Below are positions 30,955-41,056 of a stretch of DNA of 64,000 nucleotides, piece by piece. The stretch lies in assembly GCA_963713045.1 (NCBI GenBank), contig CAVQKE010000003.1, positions 608,001-672,000 on the forward strand. Reading direction: 5' to 3'. Position 1 is the first letter of the stretch. The number at the start of each line of letters is the position of its first letter. Both the position numbers and the translations under genes were made by a program. This DNA is from an uncultured delta proteobacterium (GTDB lineage Bacteria > Myxococcota > Myxococcia > Myxococcales > Myxococcaceae). The notes under the pieces are model-generated. The model was not told where the DNA came from, ran no database searches, and saw nothing but the letters and a program-made list of their open reading frames with translations.

Positions 30955-32313
30955 ATGGACTGGGTTTCATTCTTGTTCCTTCTTTTGGTTTCACTCCTTG
31001 GCGGTTCCTCTTCGGCAGCCGCCGAAACGCTCCCCAGTTCTGGACCTGCGGGCCTGGACCAGTTGTACCCCTCACTGGACGCCCTCTACCTAGACCTCCA
31101 TAGGAACCCGGAGCTGTCCCTCCACGAAGAGAAGACTGCGGGCAAACTCGCAGCGAAACTCCGGGCTCTCGGCTTCGAGGTAACGGAGCATGTGGGAGGA
31201 AACGGCGTCGTCGCCATTCTCCGGAACGGTCCTGGACCAACGGTCCTGATTCGGACCGACATGGATGCACTCCCAGTCAAGGAGTCCACCGGGCTTCCGT
31301 ACGCAAGCTCAGTCACGGTTAAGAACGATGTCGGGGAAGTCGTTCCCGTGATGCATGCCTGCGGCCACGACATCCACATGACCTCCTGGGTCGGCGCGGC
31401 GACACTCCTCGCCCAGTCGAGGACTTGGCGCGGGACGCTGGTCTTCGTGGCCGAGCCCGCCGAGGAATTGGGGCATGGTGCCGCTGCAATGCTAGAGGAC
31501 GGGTTCCTCAAGCGCTTCCCGCGCCCGGACTATGCGGTCGCCATCCACGACAGTGCTCTTTACGCTTCCGGGCAGGTGGCCATCGTCCCCGGCTTCGCCC
31601 TTGCCAATGTCGACATGGTGGATGTCACCATCTACGGAAAAGGCGGACACGGAGCCGCGCCCCACCGTGCGATTGACCCCATCGTCATCGCCGCCCGTAC
31701 CATCGTCGCACTCCAGACCATCGTGGCGAGAGAGGTGAATCCACTCGACGCGGCGGTGATTACTGTGGGTTCGATTCACGGCGGAACCAAGCACAACATC
31801 ATTCCCGACGAGGTGAAGCTCCAGCTTACAGTTCGGTCATATAAGCGGGATGTCCAGAAACAGCTCCTCGCTGCCATTGAGCGCATCACCAAGGCCGAAG
31901 CAGCAGCCGCCAGGGCCCCAAAGGAGCCTGCCGTCGTGGTTTTGCAAAACCAATCGGCGTTGGCGGTCTACAACGACCCAAAGCTCTCCAATCGATTGGC
32001 AACGGCTCTTCGTCGCGGGTTGGGCGAGAAAAACGTCGTTCCTGGCGAGCAGGTCATGGTTTCCGAAGACTTTGGCGCGTTTGGGACTGCCGCGGGTGTT
32101 CCTTCGGTTCTGCTCTGGGTGGGGGCGGCCGAGCCAACAGAGCTCGCCAACGCAACGGCAGCCGGAATCTTCCTCCCCAACATTCACTCCGCACTCTTCG
32201 CGCCCGATCGCGTTCGCACCATCCGCACTGGCACGACCGTGCTGACGCTCTCGGCGCTGGAACTGCTCGGCAATCCTGGGGCATCAGCTCAGCGGAGTGC
32301 CGGGTCACCGTAA
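30955..32313 (+). CDS. M20 family amidohydrolase, secreted
   Basis: HRNPELS, RTDMDALP, MHACGHD, PAEE, GKGGHG, SEDF; signal peptide. Confidence 0.92.
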   Translation: MDWVSFLFLLLVSLLGGSSSAAAETLPSSGPAGLDQLYPSLDALYLDLHRNPELSLHEEKTAGKLAAKLRALGFEVTEHVGGNGVVAILRNGPGPTVLIRTDMDALPVKESTGLPYASSVTVKNDVGEVVPVMHACGHDIHMTSWVGAATLLAQSRTWRGTLVFVAEPAEELGHGAAAMLEDGFLKRFPRPDYAVAIHDSALYASGQVAIVPGFALANVDMVDVTIYGKGGHGAAPHRAIDPIVIAARTIVALQTIVAREVNPLDAAVITVGSIHGGTKHNIIPDEVKLQLTVRSYKRDVQKQLLAAIERITKAEAAAARAPKEPAVVVLQNQSALAVYNDPKLSNRLATALRRGLGEKNVVPGEQVMVSEDFGAFGTAAGVPSVLLWVGAAEPTELANATAAGIFLPNIHSALFAPDRVRTIRTGTTVLTLSALELLGNPGASAQRSAGSP

Positions 32314-32562
32314 CGGCGCAGGGAAACTGGACACCCGCTGCCTCTTCGCCTTCGCTCCCTAGTTTGCGGAGAGCACCCCAGCACGGATGTCTCCCCAGAC
32401 TGAGCGATTGGCGCACGGCCCGGGCGCTGGCCCCCTTGAATCGGACAGGCGCGGTCATCAGCGGGCGCTACAAAAAAATCGCACGCTAGACCGTTAGGTA
32501 AAAATCCACCCGTTCGTTCTTTTCAACGCGGCTGGACTCGAGCGTCGGTCAAAAGCTGCGCC

Positions 32563-33705
32563 TCAAAGTTCGCCGCGGACGCCGAAGATGAACGTGACGT
32601 CCGCCCCCCTTCCCGCGTCTAACATGTTGTGCACGGCCGCGACCTCAAGTCGGAGACTGTGAGACAGGGCAGCGGTGAGGCCTAGCAGCACATAGTAGGT
32701 ATTGTCGCCGAGGCTGGGCAGAGCGACTGGCGCCCGGTGAGCGGAGCCCTGGACTTGGAGGGCGATGCCCCCTCCCAATTCGACGGCCACACCAGCTTGA
32801 GCAGCGCCATAGACCTTGGTCGGAATTCCGATGATAGCTGTGGAAGTGGTGGGGACAGCAATGCTGAGCGCAAAGCGCAGCGCCACCCTACCCACGGTCC
32901 AGCCCACCAGCAGGTCTGCTCCGACATCGGTTTCGCCGCTGCTATAGGTTGGGCCGCCGCTCGGTAGCTTCACTGCAACACTGAGCGAGACGGCCGGCCA
33001 AGGCCCGTGCTCCACCAGCAGTTGGCCCTTCACAGCGAATGACAGGTCGCCTAGGCCAACGCCTGGTACGAGGCGCTCTAAGGTGCGCCCATTGGGCAGG
33101 GTGATTTGAAAAACCGTCAGGTTGCGTGGGCGGTCGAACCGATTCGGATTTTCTTGCCCCACCAGTTTCTCGACAAACTCCGCAGGCCCGTCGAGGAAAC
33201 CGCCATACTGGAGCACCACTGGTAGCGTCACTCCAAACTCGAAGCGGTCGCTCAGGCCGTGGCGAAGGCCAAGCACCAAAATCCCAGTCTCCTCGTCGAA
33301 GGTGAAATTGACCTTTTTCGGAAAGTCGCCGACGAGAATGATGTTCGAGTAGAGGAGGCGGGCACTCAGCTCTAAGACTGACGGACCGACCACCTCCGGA
33401 GCCTCGAAGGGCTGTTGTAAAAAGAGTCGTCCAAGCGGTGCCGGCTCCTCCCATGGAATGGGCGATGCCACCCTACACGGCTGCTCGTCGGCAACGGCTG
33501 GACGCCACCACAGCAACAGGACAAGGGCCAGAGCGGCAGTGCTTCGGTTTTGCGCTGTCTTCCTGCAAGTCGGCAGCGTCTTCGCCGGCAAACGATGGTG
33601 CGCTCTTATCCGTCGCCCTCGTGCTCCGGTAACCCTGACTGCGAGTCGCCGGTGGTGCAGATATGGCTCACTGCGGTCCGGATCCGCGCTATGTAGTCTC
33701 AACAA
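32563..33705 (-). CDS. DUF3187-like outer-membrane protein (true start probably later than ORF start)
   Basis: D.E..L.LRHG..FEFG..LP..GGFLD..E, GLGD, KLPSG; aromatic beta-strand C-terminus. Confidence 0.6.
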   Translation of the reverse strand: MLRLHSADPDRSEPYLHHRRLAVRVTGARGRRIRAHHRLPAKTLPTCRKTAQNRSTAALALVLLLWWRPAVADEQPCRVASPIPWEEPAPLGRLFLQQPFEAPEVVGPSVLELSARLLYSNIILVGDFPKKVNFTFDEETGILVLGLRHGLSDRFEFGVTLPVVLQYGGFLDGPAEFVEKLVGQENPNRFDRPRNLTVFQITLPNGRTLERLVPGVGLGDLSFAVKGQLLVEHGPWPAVSLSVAVKLPSGGPTYSSGETDVGADLLVGWTVGRVALRFALSIAVPTTSTAIIGIPTKVYGAAQAGVAVELGGGIALQVQGSAHRAPVALPSLGDNTYYVLLGLTAALSHSLRLEVAAVHNMLDAGRGADVTFIFGVRGEL

Positions 33706-33910
33706 TTCTCAGAGTACCCAGGAAAACGGTGAGACCCGTCGCGATGTCGGGCGGTTTCGAGTTTACAACCCCGCGGTTGTTGGTGAGGCCATAGACCATA
33801 CTCCCCCAACCGCGGTCCAGGTCCGAACACCGCGGGCCCGGAGCCATCGGATTCATCGGCAAATCAACTGGCTGGGAGTCGAAGCGACGTAGGGACGTGA
33901 TCTCAGGATT

Positions 33911-34360
33911 TCAGCTAACTCGTCGCCAGCGAAGCGTCCGCTTCAGTGGTTCGCCGGCCACTGACGTGGTGTCTACCTCAAGGGTGAGAAGATCGCCCTC
34001 CACCATCATTGTCCGAGTAAAGACCTGCCCCACGTTCTCCGGTGAAAGCGCACCAACGAGCTCCGTTTTGACGGTCCGTTGGTCGTCATCGACAGTGAAC
34101 TTTCCGAAGTACGCGTCGTACCCGCCGCGTGCGCGGCTGTTGTTGAGACCGCCAGCAACGATGGGTGCGCTTCCCGCGCTCGCCCGGTCCCGCTTCATGA
34201 ACTGCGCGGCGAAGTGCCCGGCTCTGTCAAAGACAAGGAAGCCGAATGGATCGCTCCCCAGTGAGGGTTCGGCGCGCTGCTCGCCGTTTCGCGTCCGGTC
34301 GATCCGCGAAATCAGCTCCCAGCTGCCCACCAATCGCGCCGCGAGTGAATCGAAGCTCAT
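33911..34360 (-). CDS. Lipocalin-like domain protein
   Basis: LVGSWELIS, G.LV..G.F.AQ, YDAYFGKF, L.WRR. Confidence 0.82.
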   Translation of the reverse strand: MSFDSLAARLVGSWELISRIDRTRNGEQRAEPSLGSDPFGFLVFDRAGHFAAQFMKRDRASAGSAPIVAGGLNNSRARGGYDAYFGKFTVDDDQRTVKTELVGALSPENVGQVFTRTMMVEGDLLTLEVDTTSVAGEPLKRTLRWRRVS

Positions 34361-34599
34361 CGCCCGTGACGCTATGCCACCGTTTGCGTGAGAAATGAAG
34401 ATGCGGGACCAAGCTTGAATCGGGCCTCCTCCAAGTCCTCGTCATTCCGCGGGGCGGCTTGTAGACGTGCACCCGTGCCTTCCGACACGCGCTGACCGAC
34501 CGACTCTGCTCTGGACTGAGCGAGCGGCGTCGAAGTCTCGAGGCCGTACTAGCGGAATATCAGCTGCTCAAAAAGAGACCCGGCCACGGTGCCTCGTTT

Positions 34600-34818
34600 A
34601 TGCTTTCGCAGACGACTCCCGTGACTCGCCACTACCAGATGCTGCTATGGCTGCTCGGAGGAGCGACCTTTGTACTGTTCGCCATCGTCCTCGATTACTT
34701 GGCGTACAAATTGAGGCTCCCGCATCGACGTTGGGCGCCGGGCGTGGCGCTTGGACTGGCCGCCACCGTGGTGGGGCTCGCAAGGTTTTGGCTTCGCGGA
34801 CCTCATCACGACGATTGA
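34600..34818 (+). CDS. Small hypothetical membrane protein
   Basis: 72-aa ORF with two hydrophobic segments. Confidence 0.35.
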   Translation: MLSQTTPVTRHYQMLLWLLGGATFVLFAIVLDYLAYKLRLPHRRWAPGVALGLAATVVGLARFWLRGPHHDD

Positions 34819-35181
34819 AACCGCTCTTCCCACCCGGCCAGATACGCATCATCAGCACCGGTACGACGCGCCCTCTCATCCACGAGGAGGCGGATGCCTT
34901 TGTGCCGCAGAGGGAAGCGAAGCCGAATGACCTAGGTACTCTCTGCCCACGTAGAACGCGCGAACTCTCGCATTTCAGACTCGGCTACTCGCGGCGGACG
35001 ATCATACTGCCTTCGAGGTCTTGGAGGGCGCGTTGGGACGAATACCTACACGAGGGCAGGACCATCGAAGCCCGATGTAGCAGTTTTCACCCGGGTCACG
35101 AGTCGGCCGACTGACAAAATTGGTCGGGCCGCGACAGGCCACTTGTAGCCTTAACCATGCGGAAGGACATGGAACGGACCC

Positions 35182-35196
35182 TGGCATGCGCCCTGC
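35182..35196 (+). promoter_or_regulatory. Sigma-54 (-24/-12) promoter of the pilin gene
   Basis: TGGCATGCGCCCTGC: GG-N10-GC spacing, 40 bp upstream of the pilin ATG. Confidence 0.65.
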
Positions 35197-35236
35197 GTAC
35201 TCACAGTGAACAACCAGTCATCGCGAAGAGTAGTGC

Positions 35237-35875
35237 ATGGGTCCTCGTACCCTGAGGTTCGGTTTCACTCTCATCGAGCTGATGATTGTCGTCGCGATCA
35301 TCGGTATTCTCGCGGCAATCGCCATCCCCAACTTTCTTCGATTCCAGGCGAGGTCCAAACAAAGTGAGCCCAAGGGGAACCTGAAGACGCTCTTCATTGC
35401 CGAGCGGTCAGAATTTCAGGAGCACGACGGGTACATCACGGATCCTGGGACACTGGGATTCAACCCGGAGCGTGGCAACCGTTACCAGTACCAGCTCGGC
35501 GCCGGCGCTGAGACAGCCCGCAACGCAGCCACGGTAACAGCCCTCATCACCGACACGGGAATCACGGTGGACACCTTCAAGTTCCCGAACGCGGCCGCTC
35601 AGCCGACCGGCCCAGGTTGGGCCGGCTTCGCTCCGGCCTGGGCGACAAACGAAGGCCAGACGCCCGGCGCCACCCCGAACGTTTTTGGCGCTTGCCCTTC
35701 CTGCAACTTTCTCGCGTTTGCGGCCGGTGACATCGACAACGAGCCAGTCGGAATCGACATGTGGGTTATCTCCAGCGTCGACTTCGGCGCCACTCCGGTG
35801 TGTGGAGACACCTCGCAAGATACTGCTCCTGCCGGGATGCCCTGGAACAATTACGACGACGTCAGCTGCCCGTAG
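35237..35875 (+). CDS. pilA: Type IVa major pilin, Myxococcus PilA-like
   Basis: G|FTLIELMIVVAIIGILAAIAIPNF.RFQARSKQSE; GF.PERGNRY; four C-terminal Cys. Confidence 0.85.
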   Translation: MGPRTLRFGFTLIELMIVVAIIGILAAIAIPNFLRFQARSKQSEPKGNLKTLFIAERSEFQEHDGYITDPGTLGFNPERGNRYQYQLGAGAETARNAATVTALITDTGITVDTFKFPNAAAQPTGPGWAGFAPAWATNEGQTPGATPNVFGACPSCNFLAFAAGDIDNEPVGIDMWVISSVDFGATPVCGDTSQDTAPAGMPWNNYDDVSCP

Positions 35876-36094
35876 GGCAGCGCCGGGACTGGCGATTCCG
35901 AGCTCGTTGACTAAGGGAGGCGGCACCTGCTGTCACGGTCCTATCCAAGGGACTCGACGACGCGAACGAGTGGCGAGCGTTAAGTCGGCCTAGGAACGAT
36001 ACCGTAGGGGGGGACCTGTGCCTCGTCACCGTTCAAACGGGCGCTTTTTCGGCCGAACTCTAGAAGCAAGGCGCACGGCGTTAGAGTGCCGAAT

Positions 36095-37159
36095 ATGAAA
36101 GCGTGGACCACTGCCGCGCCACCGCTTGCCATCGGGCTGTTGTTCGTCGCCTCACAGCAGAGTGTCGGCGGCTGGCTCGCAACCATTTGCGGACTCGCTT
36201 TGATCGGGGCAGTTCTGGCGGCAGTGCATCATGCAGAGGTGGTCGCCCATCGCGTCGGCGAACCGCTCGGAACGCTCATTCTGGCTCTCGCTGTTACCGT
36301 TATCGAGGTCTCGCTCATTCTCTCAATGATGATTAGCGGAGGGCCTGCCAAGGCGACCTTAGCCCGCGACGCTGTTTATTCGACCGTAATGATTATTACG
36401 ACGGGGGTGATGGGCCTGTGCATCCTGTTGGGAGGCCTACGCCATCGTGAACAAACGTTTCGAGTCGAAGGTGCGGGGCCTGAGTTCGCTGCGCTCGTCG
36501 CACTTTCCACCCTGGTTCTGGTTCTTCCGGCCTTCACCATCAGCGCTCCCGGTCTTGCCTACTCGGCCTCGCAACTGATTTTTGCCGGCGCCGCATCGCT
36601 CGCTTTGTGGGGTCTCTTCGTCTTCGTCCAGACTGTCCGCCATCGCGACTACTTTGTGCCGCCGGCCGGTACTGCCGTCGATGCGCACACATCACCGCCT
36701 TCAAGCGGCAGGGCGTGGCTCAGTCTCGGCCTTTTGCTAGTGGCGCTGGTCGCGGTGGTCGGGCTCGCAAAGGTTCTCTCTTCTCCTCTTGAGGCTGCGC
36801 TTCGGGCCCTTGGCGCGCCAGACGCCGTCCTGGGGATCGTCATTGCCGCGGTGGTGCTGCTGCCCGAGACGCTTGCAGCAGTCCGCGCAGCCTGGAGGAA
36901 CCGCCTTCAGACCAGCGTGAACTTAGCGCTCGGCTCGGCGCTGGCAACCATTGGACTCACCGTTCCAGTCGTGGCAGCCGCTTCGCTGATTTTTGGTTTC
37001 CCTGTGAACCTAGGGCTCGATTCAAAGGATATGGCGCTTCTCGTGTTGAGCTTTATCGTCGGCACCATCACCCTGGGCACCGGACGGACGAGCATCCTAC
37101 AAGGCGCTGTCCAACTGGTTGTGTTCGCCGCGTTTCTGGTTTTGTCAATTGTGCCTTGA
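36095..37159 (+). CDS. Ca2+/H+ antiporter (CaCA, ChaA-like)
   Basis: HHAEVVAHRVGEP.GTL.LALAVT.IEV, LLPE..AAV.AA..N.LQTS.NLALGSALA. Confidence 0.9.
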   Translation: MKAWTTAAPPLAIGLLFVASQQSVGGWLATICGLALIGAVLAAVHHAEVVAHRVGEPLGTLILALAVTVIEVSLILSMMISGGPAKATLARDAVYSTVMIITTGVMGLCILLGGLRHREQTFRVEGAGPEFAALVALSTLVLVLPAFTISAPGLAYSASQLIFAGAASLALWGLFVFVQTVRHRDYFVPPAGTAVDAHTSPPSSGRAWLSLGLLLVALVAVVGLAKVLSSPLEAALRALGAPDAVLGIVIAAVVLLPETLAAVRAAWRNRLQTSVNLALGSALATIGLTVPVVAAASLIFGFPVNLGLDSKDMALLVLSFIVGTITLGTGRTSILQGAVQLVVFAAFLVLSIVP

Positions 37160-37299
37160 AGTCGCTGCGACAAAAGCGGCGCCGACGACGCCGTCCTCAG
37201 AAGCCGACTCCGCCCGACGCTACTGGGAGTTTGCCGGCCGCAGCCGGGACGTTGGTCTCCACCTGCTGTTGGCCCGTGAAGTGCAGGCCACCCGCTCAA

Positions 37300-38013
37300 A
37301 TGCATCTTCGCATCGCAGTCAACGTCCTGGCCCTCCTTCTTGGGATCGCCTTTATCGGAACCAACCTGGCGTTTGAAGGGCTGTACCGGTTTGCACTCAG
37401 CAGCGTCCCAGTCCCTGAGGTCCCGGACAGCGAAGCTTCGCCGCCCGTCCTCGAAGCACTCTGGCTTGCGGTTGGCGAAAACCCTGGAACTCACGTGCCC
37501 TTCTACTGGGCATGGGCTTGGTTGGGGCGAGGCACCGATTCAAGCAGTGGCCAGTCCGCCATCCATGAGGTGGCCCATCTTTGGCTAAAGCGCCAGCGTC
37601 GGCCGAAGACGTGGGTGGGCCGGTTCTTCGCCGAGGCCGCAGTTGAAGTGTGGCTCTCACGCCACGCCACCGTGGTGCAATTGCAGCGGGCGCTGGCTGA
37701 ATGGGAAGACTTCGGGCGGGGGGCCATCGGCATCTCGGCGGCGTCCACGGCCTATTTCCAGGTCAGGCCGGGCGCCATGGAGTGGCCCCAGCTGGCGTTG
37801 CTCGGCAGTCGGGTTGCCTACGGGTCTGTGGACGACCCATTCTGCGAAAGCGAACGGGCCCTCAGCCAACGCGGCCTCTTCGTCGGTCAGATGCTCGGGG
37901 TCGGGATGCTCTCCAAAGCTCAGGCCCTCCAAGCCATCAGCGCGCCGTTGGCCACCACCCCACAGGAGTGCGTGTGCAAAATGCCAGGGCGGCCAGTAGG
38001 ACGCCGGGCCTGA
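37300..38013 (+). CDS. Degenerate peptidoglycan transglycosylase (GT51)-like membrane protein
   Basis: FGRGAIGISAAS..YF...L..L..L motif, TM N-terminus; no EDxxFxxH motif. Confidence 0.55.
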   Translation: MHLRIAVNVLALLLGIAFIGTNLAFEGLYRFALSSVPVPEVPDSEASPPVLEALWLAVGENPGTHVPFYWAWAWLGRGTDSSSGQSAIHEVAHLWLKRQRRPKTWVGRFFAEAAVEVWLSRHATVVQLQRALAEWEDFGRGAIGISAASTAYFQVRPGAMEWPQLALLGSRVAYGSVDDPFCESERALSQRGLFVGQMLGVGMLSKAQALQAISAPLATTPQECVCKMPGRPVGRRA

Positions 38014-38093
38014 TTCCTGCGACGGCCGCCGCCGGCGGGTCTCAGATGGCCGTCAGCCGTGCACGCCCTCGCCATACCGCGCCGCCGCAGGGG

Positions 38094-38873
38094 CTAAGGG
38101 CTTTTCTTGTTCGTCCAGCTGGACGTGGTGCCGTGGAGCTTGTCTTCGTCGACGACGTGCATCGACGCCCCGCCCACCGTGTAGGTGTACACGTCCGTCA
38201 CTTTGCCCATCCGCTTGTCGGTCTCGACGATGGTTTGCTTGTTGACCTTCTTCAACGCCACCATCGTTCCGCCGGGGTCCCCCGCCACGGGGACGAATTT
38301 GCCGTCGAAGTTAGCGTCATAGCTTTGTCCGGTCGGGGTGTTCATCGTCAGTCCGTCGACGGTTTCCTTGAAGGTCACGGTGAGGCCATTGGCGGAGGCA
38401 GAGTCCACCTTTGCGGCACGCCAGGAGCCCGAGATGGGGTCCGAGCCCTTGGGGCCAGCGGCGACCCGGGTAAGGGAATTCGTCCCGGTAACCGGCTGGG
38501 TTCCCGAGTCGTCCTTGTAGCTGATGGTGAGCGTCTTTCCGTCCGCGGACACGGAGTAGTCGCTGGTGACCATGGTCTTCCCAGCCTTCTTAAAGACGAG
38601 ATTGACGTTGCCGGGACTCGCCGCCTTGACGGCCAGGGTGTCGAAATACGCATGCCCGGGGACCGGCTGGTCCGTCCCATCGGCCTTGACTTTGACCGGC
38701 GGGACGAACGTCTTGCCCTGAAACGTGCCCTTGTCGAGCACGTAGACGTCGGGCTTCTTGGCGAAGACGACCGAGTCGGTCTGCATGACCCAAGTTCCGT
38801 CGAAGGGGCTGTCCGCAAGGGCGGCCAGCGGAGTGAGAAGCACGAAGAGCAGCGCTGCTTTCATGGTCGCCAT
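38094..38873 (-). CDS. Secreted hypothetical protein with two beta-rich (lipocalin-like) repeats
   Basis: Signal peptide; FDGTW / ISGSW repeat halves; strong coding-like codon bias. Confidence 0.75.
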   Translation of the reverse strand: MATMKAALLFVLLTPLAALADSPFDGTWVMQTDSVVFAKKPDVYVLDKGTFQGKTFVPPVKVKADGTDQPVPGHAYFDTLAVKAASPGNVNLVFKKAGKTMVTSDYSVSADGKTLTISYKDDSGTQPVTGTNSLTRVAAGPKGSDPISGSWRAAKVDSASANGLTVTFKETVDGLTMNTPTGQSYDANFDGKFVPVAGDPGGTMVALKKVNKQTIVETDKRMGKVTDVYTYTVGGASMHVVDEDKLHGTTSSWTNKKSP

Positions 38874-39290
38874 CCTGTCTTTTGTGGTGATGCACCATGG
38901 CCCGATGTGCCTTCAGTTTGACGGCACCCGAGACCCAAGCGCGCGCGACTCTACGCATGCAACCCGCCGAGTTGACACTGGTTTCAACGCGCCTTTGGCT
39001 GCGAGTGTTGCCCGACACACGCAGCGTAAAGCCACAGAACGGCCACAGCATCGGTTCCACCGACTTGAAGCCGGACCTGCAGCATCTTGAAAACCCAGTC
39101 CCACTGTCGAAGGACGTGAAGTAGCACCGGGTGGGGGGCGGAGGCTGATTCACGGCTAAGAAAACGGTGAAAGGACACTGCGCTCTTTTGGGCCACTTGG
39201 ATGCCGCGAGGGCATGGCTTTCGGCGGCCAGGCTCGTGCGCGAGGCGAGCGGTCATCGGCGCCCATCACCCGCCGCGCTCTGCTCGACCT

Positions 39291-39404
39291 TTCAGTGCGG
39301 GCCAAGCACGGGCGCAACTCCGCGACGTTTCGTCGAGCGCGCATCGAATCGAGAACGAATGCTGTCCGAATAACGCGCTAACTATCTGACTTCACTGTGG
39401 AGGC
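39291..39404. repeat. att-like repeat copy A (arm + tmRNA 3' end)
   Basis: CTGACTTCACTGTGGAGGC (39386-39404) is identical to 55952-55970; arm GCGCAACTCCGCGACGTTTCGTCGAGCGC. Confidence 0.85.
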
Positions 39405-39575
39405 AACATGCGGAGCGGACGCGCTGCGCGTCCACAACCGGAGAATACCAAGGCGCTCGGTACGGCCAGCAACCGGGGCCTCATCGATGGCGAACGAGTT
39501 GCCAATCCGGATGCGCCGCAGTTGGCTCAGGTCAACTTCGGTGTCGTGCGCCAGATTCTGTGCTCTCGTACGGGG

Positions 39576-40121
39576 ATGCGCCTAGCAGGGCTTCTCGTTG
39601 CATCGCTTCTCTTGGGATGTGCGCACCCGCAGTCTGCCGCGCTCACCGTCGACGACGAGGCGGCAATCGAGGTCGAGGCCTTCAAGGAGGCCGTGATTTA
39701 CCCCGATTCTCCGCCCGAGCGAGGGGGCGACCTGGTGTTCCGCACGGCCGGACTTCACGAAATGATTTGCCTCGGTATCGAGCCGCACCTACCTTCAGCA
39801 AGAACGGTTGTGGACCCCTCGCCGCGCGTTGTGAACACTTTGTCGGATAAAGGTGCCCTGGTTGCCCCGGTGTCTCAGTGCCGGAACCCTGGAGTCACAC
39901 CGCCCCTTCTTCATGATGGCTCACGTGTTCAATTTATATTCGCGTTTCTCTCTCCTTTAACTGTGGTGCGTGAAAATGAGGTGTGGGTCGACGTTTGGCG
40001 TGGCTGCAGTCCTTCGGTTGGGTCGACATGCATCGGTGGCCAAGGACTGAAATTCAAAATTGTCCGAACAGCCGATGGCTGGGTGACTCAAGGAGTCACC
40101 GAGGGCGCCATCAGCGATTGA
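39576..40121 (+). CDS. Hypothetical lipoprotein
   Basis: MRLAGLLVASLLLG|C lipobox. Confidence 0.65.
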   Translation: MRLAGLLVASLLLGCAHPQSAALTVDDEAAIEVEAFKEAVIYPDSPPERGGDLVFRTAGLHEMICLGIEPHLPSARTVVDPSPRVVNTLSDKGALVAPVSQCRNPGVTPPLLHDGSRVQFIFAFLSPLTVVRENEVWVDVWRGCSPSVGSTCIGGQGLKFKIVRTADGWVTQGVTEGAISD

Positions 40122-40225
40122 ACGCAACTGAGATGGCGTCGAAGGTCCGAGGAACGCTGATAGGGCACTCTGGCGATGGAGACGCCCCGCGCGGTGGGGG
40201 GCTCCACACCCGCCTTCACCTAGGG

Positions 40226-40268
40226 TTCAGCGCAGGCCAAACGCGTCCTGCGCAGGTCCGCGACGTGC
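40226..40268. repeat. att-like repeat copy J (arm only)
   Basis: TTCAGCGCAGGCCAAACGCGTCCTGCGCAGGTCCGCGACGTGC. Confidence 0.7.
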
Positions 40269-40398
40269 GGAGGCATTCCTGTTGGTCGGCCGGCCCTAAC
40301 TTCCGATGCCTGCCAGCTGATGTTCTGGGAATGGCAATTCACAGGCTCGGACAAGGGCTGGCCGAGCGGAATGCGGTTCTTGGAAGCGCCGAGCCGCA

Positions 40399-40926
40399 TC
40401 AGCGTGTCATCTTGTTCAATTGCGGAGGTAATTCGTCGAAGCCTGCCCAGCTGGGGGAATCGCCCCACCGTGCACCGGGCTCGAAGTACAACACCCCGCC
40501 GTAAAGCGTCGACGACTGGCTGCACATTGCCCCGAGAGCTGGAGTCGATGCGCACAGTGCCTCAGCAGCGCGGTTGCCCGGATCCGAATACTGACTCACC
40601 CGGCCGTCGTGAAGACGCCTCAGCGCCTTCTGCGTTGGTCCTAGGCGATCCCAGCGGAGAACGTTCGTCCAGAGGGCAAATACCCTCACCGAGGCCTCGC
40701 TGTTGCCCTCCAGGGCCCGCTGGACGTCCTCGGCGGTCTGTAGGCACGTGGGGCAAGTGGGGGAGAGCAGAAGGAGCAGCTTCGGCCCCAGAGCAACCTC
40801 AAAGGCTGCCCGGAACGCCTCCACGTCTCCCAGCGGGAGCTGCCCGCCCGGAGTCCGACGTTGAATGGCGAGGACGGCCATTGCCAGTAGCGCCAGAACA
40901 AAAACGACGGCTAGCACGCGCTTCAC
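40399..40926 (-). CDS. Membrane-anchored thioredoxin-like CxxC protein
   Basis: N-terminal TM; LLLSPTCPTC; VRVFALW; D.RV.QY.D. Confidence 0.7.
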   Translation of the reverse strand: MKRVLAVVFVLALLAMAVLAIQRRTPGGQLPLGDVEAFRAAFEVALGPKLLLLLSPTCPTCLQTAEDVQRALEGNSEASVRVFALWTNVLRWDRLGPTQKALRRLHDGRVSQYSDPGNRAAEALCASTPALGAMCSQSSTLYGGVLYFEPGARWGDSPSWAGFDELPPQLNKMTR

Positions 40927-41056
40927 ATCACCACCTCGTCGGGAGGTTTCCGGTGGGCTATGCCGACGGACTTACATCGTGACAGGTCCTTGCGCCGGGA
41001 GGGCGGGCGTGGGGCGAAGTCTGCCAGCAGGAGGCCGAGGGACGCCCGGAGCCGCG

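Noticed and set aside
32460..32535. AT-rich patch ending TTTTCAACGCGGCTGG, like an IS end or riboswitch
   Set aside because: No partner inverted repeat, transposase or recognisable RNA fold.
38990..39153. Possible zinc-ribbon gene remnant left of repeat A
   Set aside because: Motifs are too fragmentary across frames to support a call.
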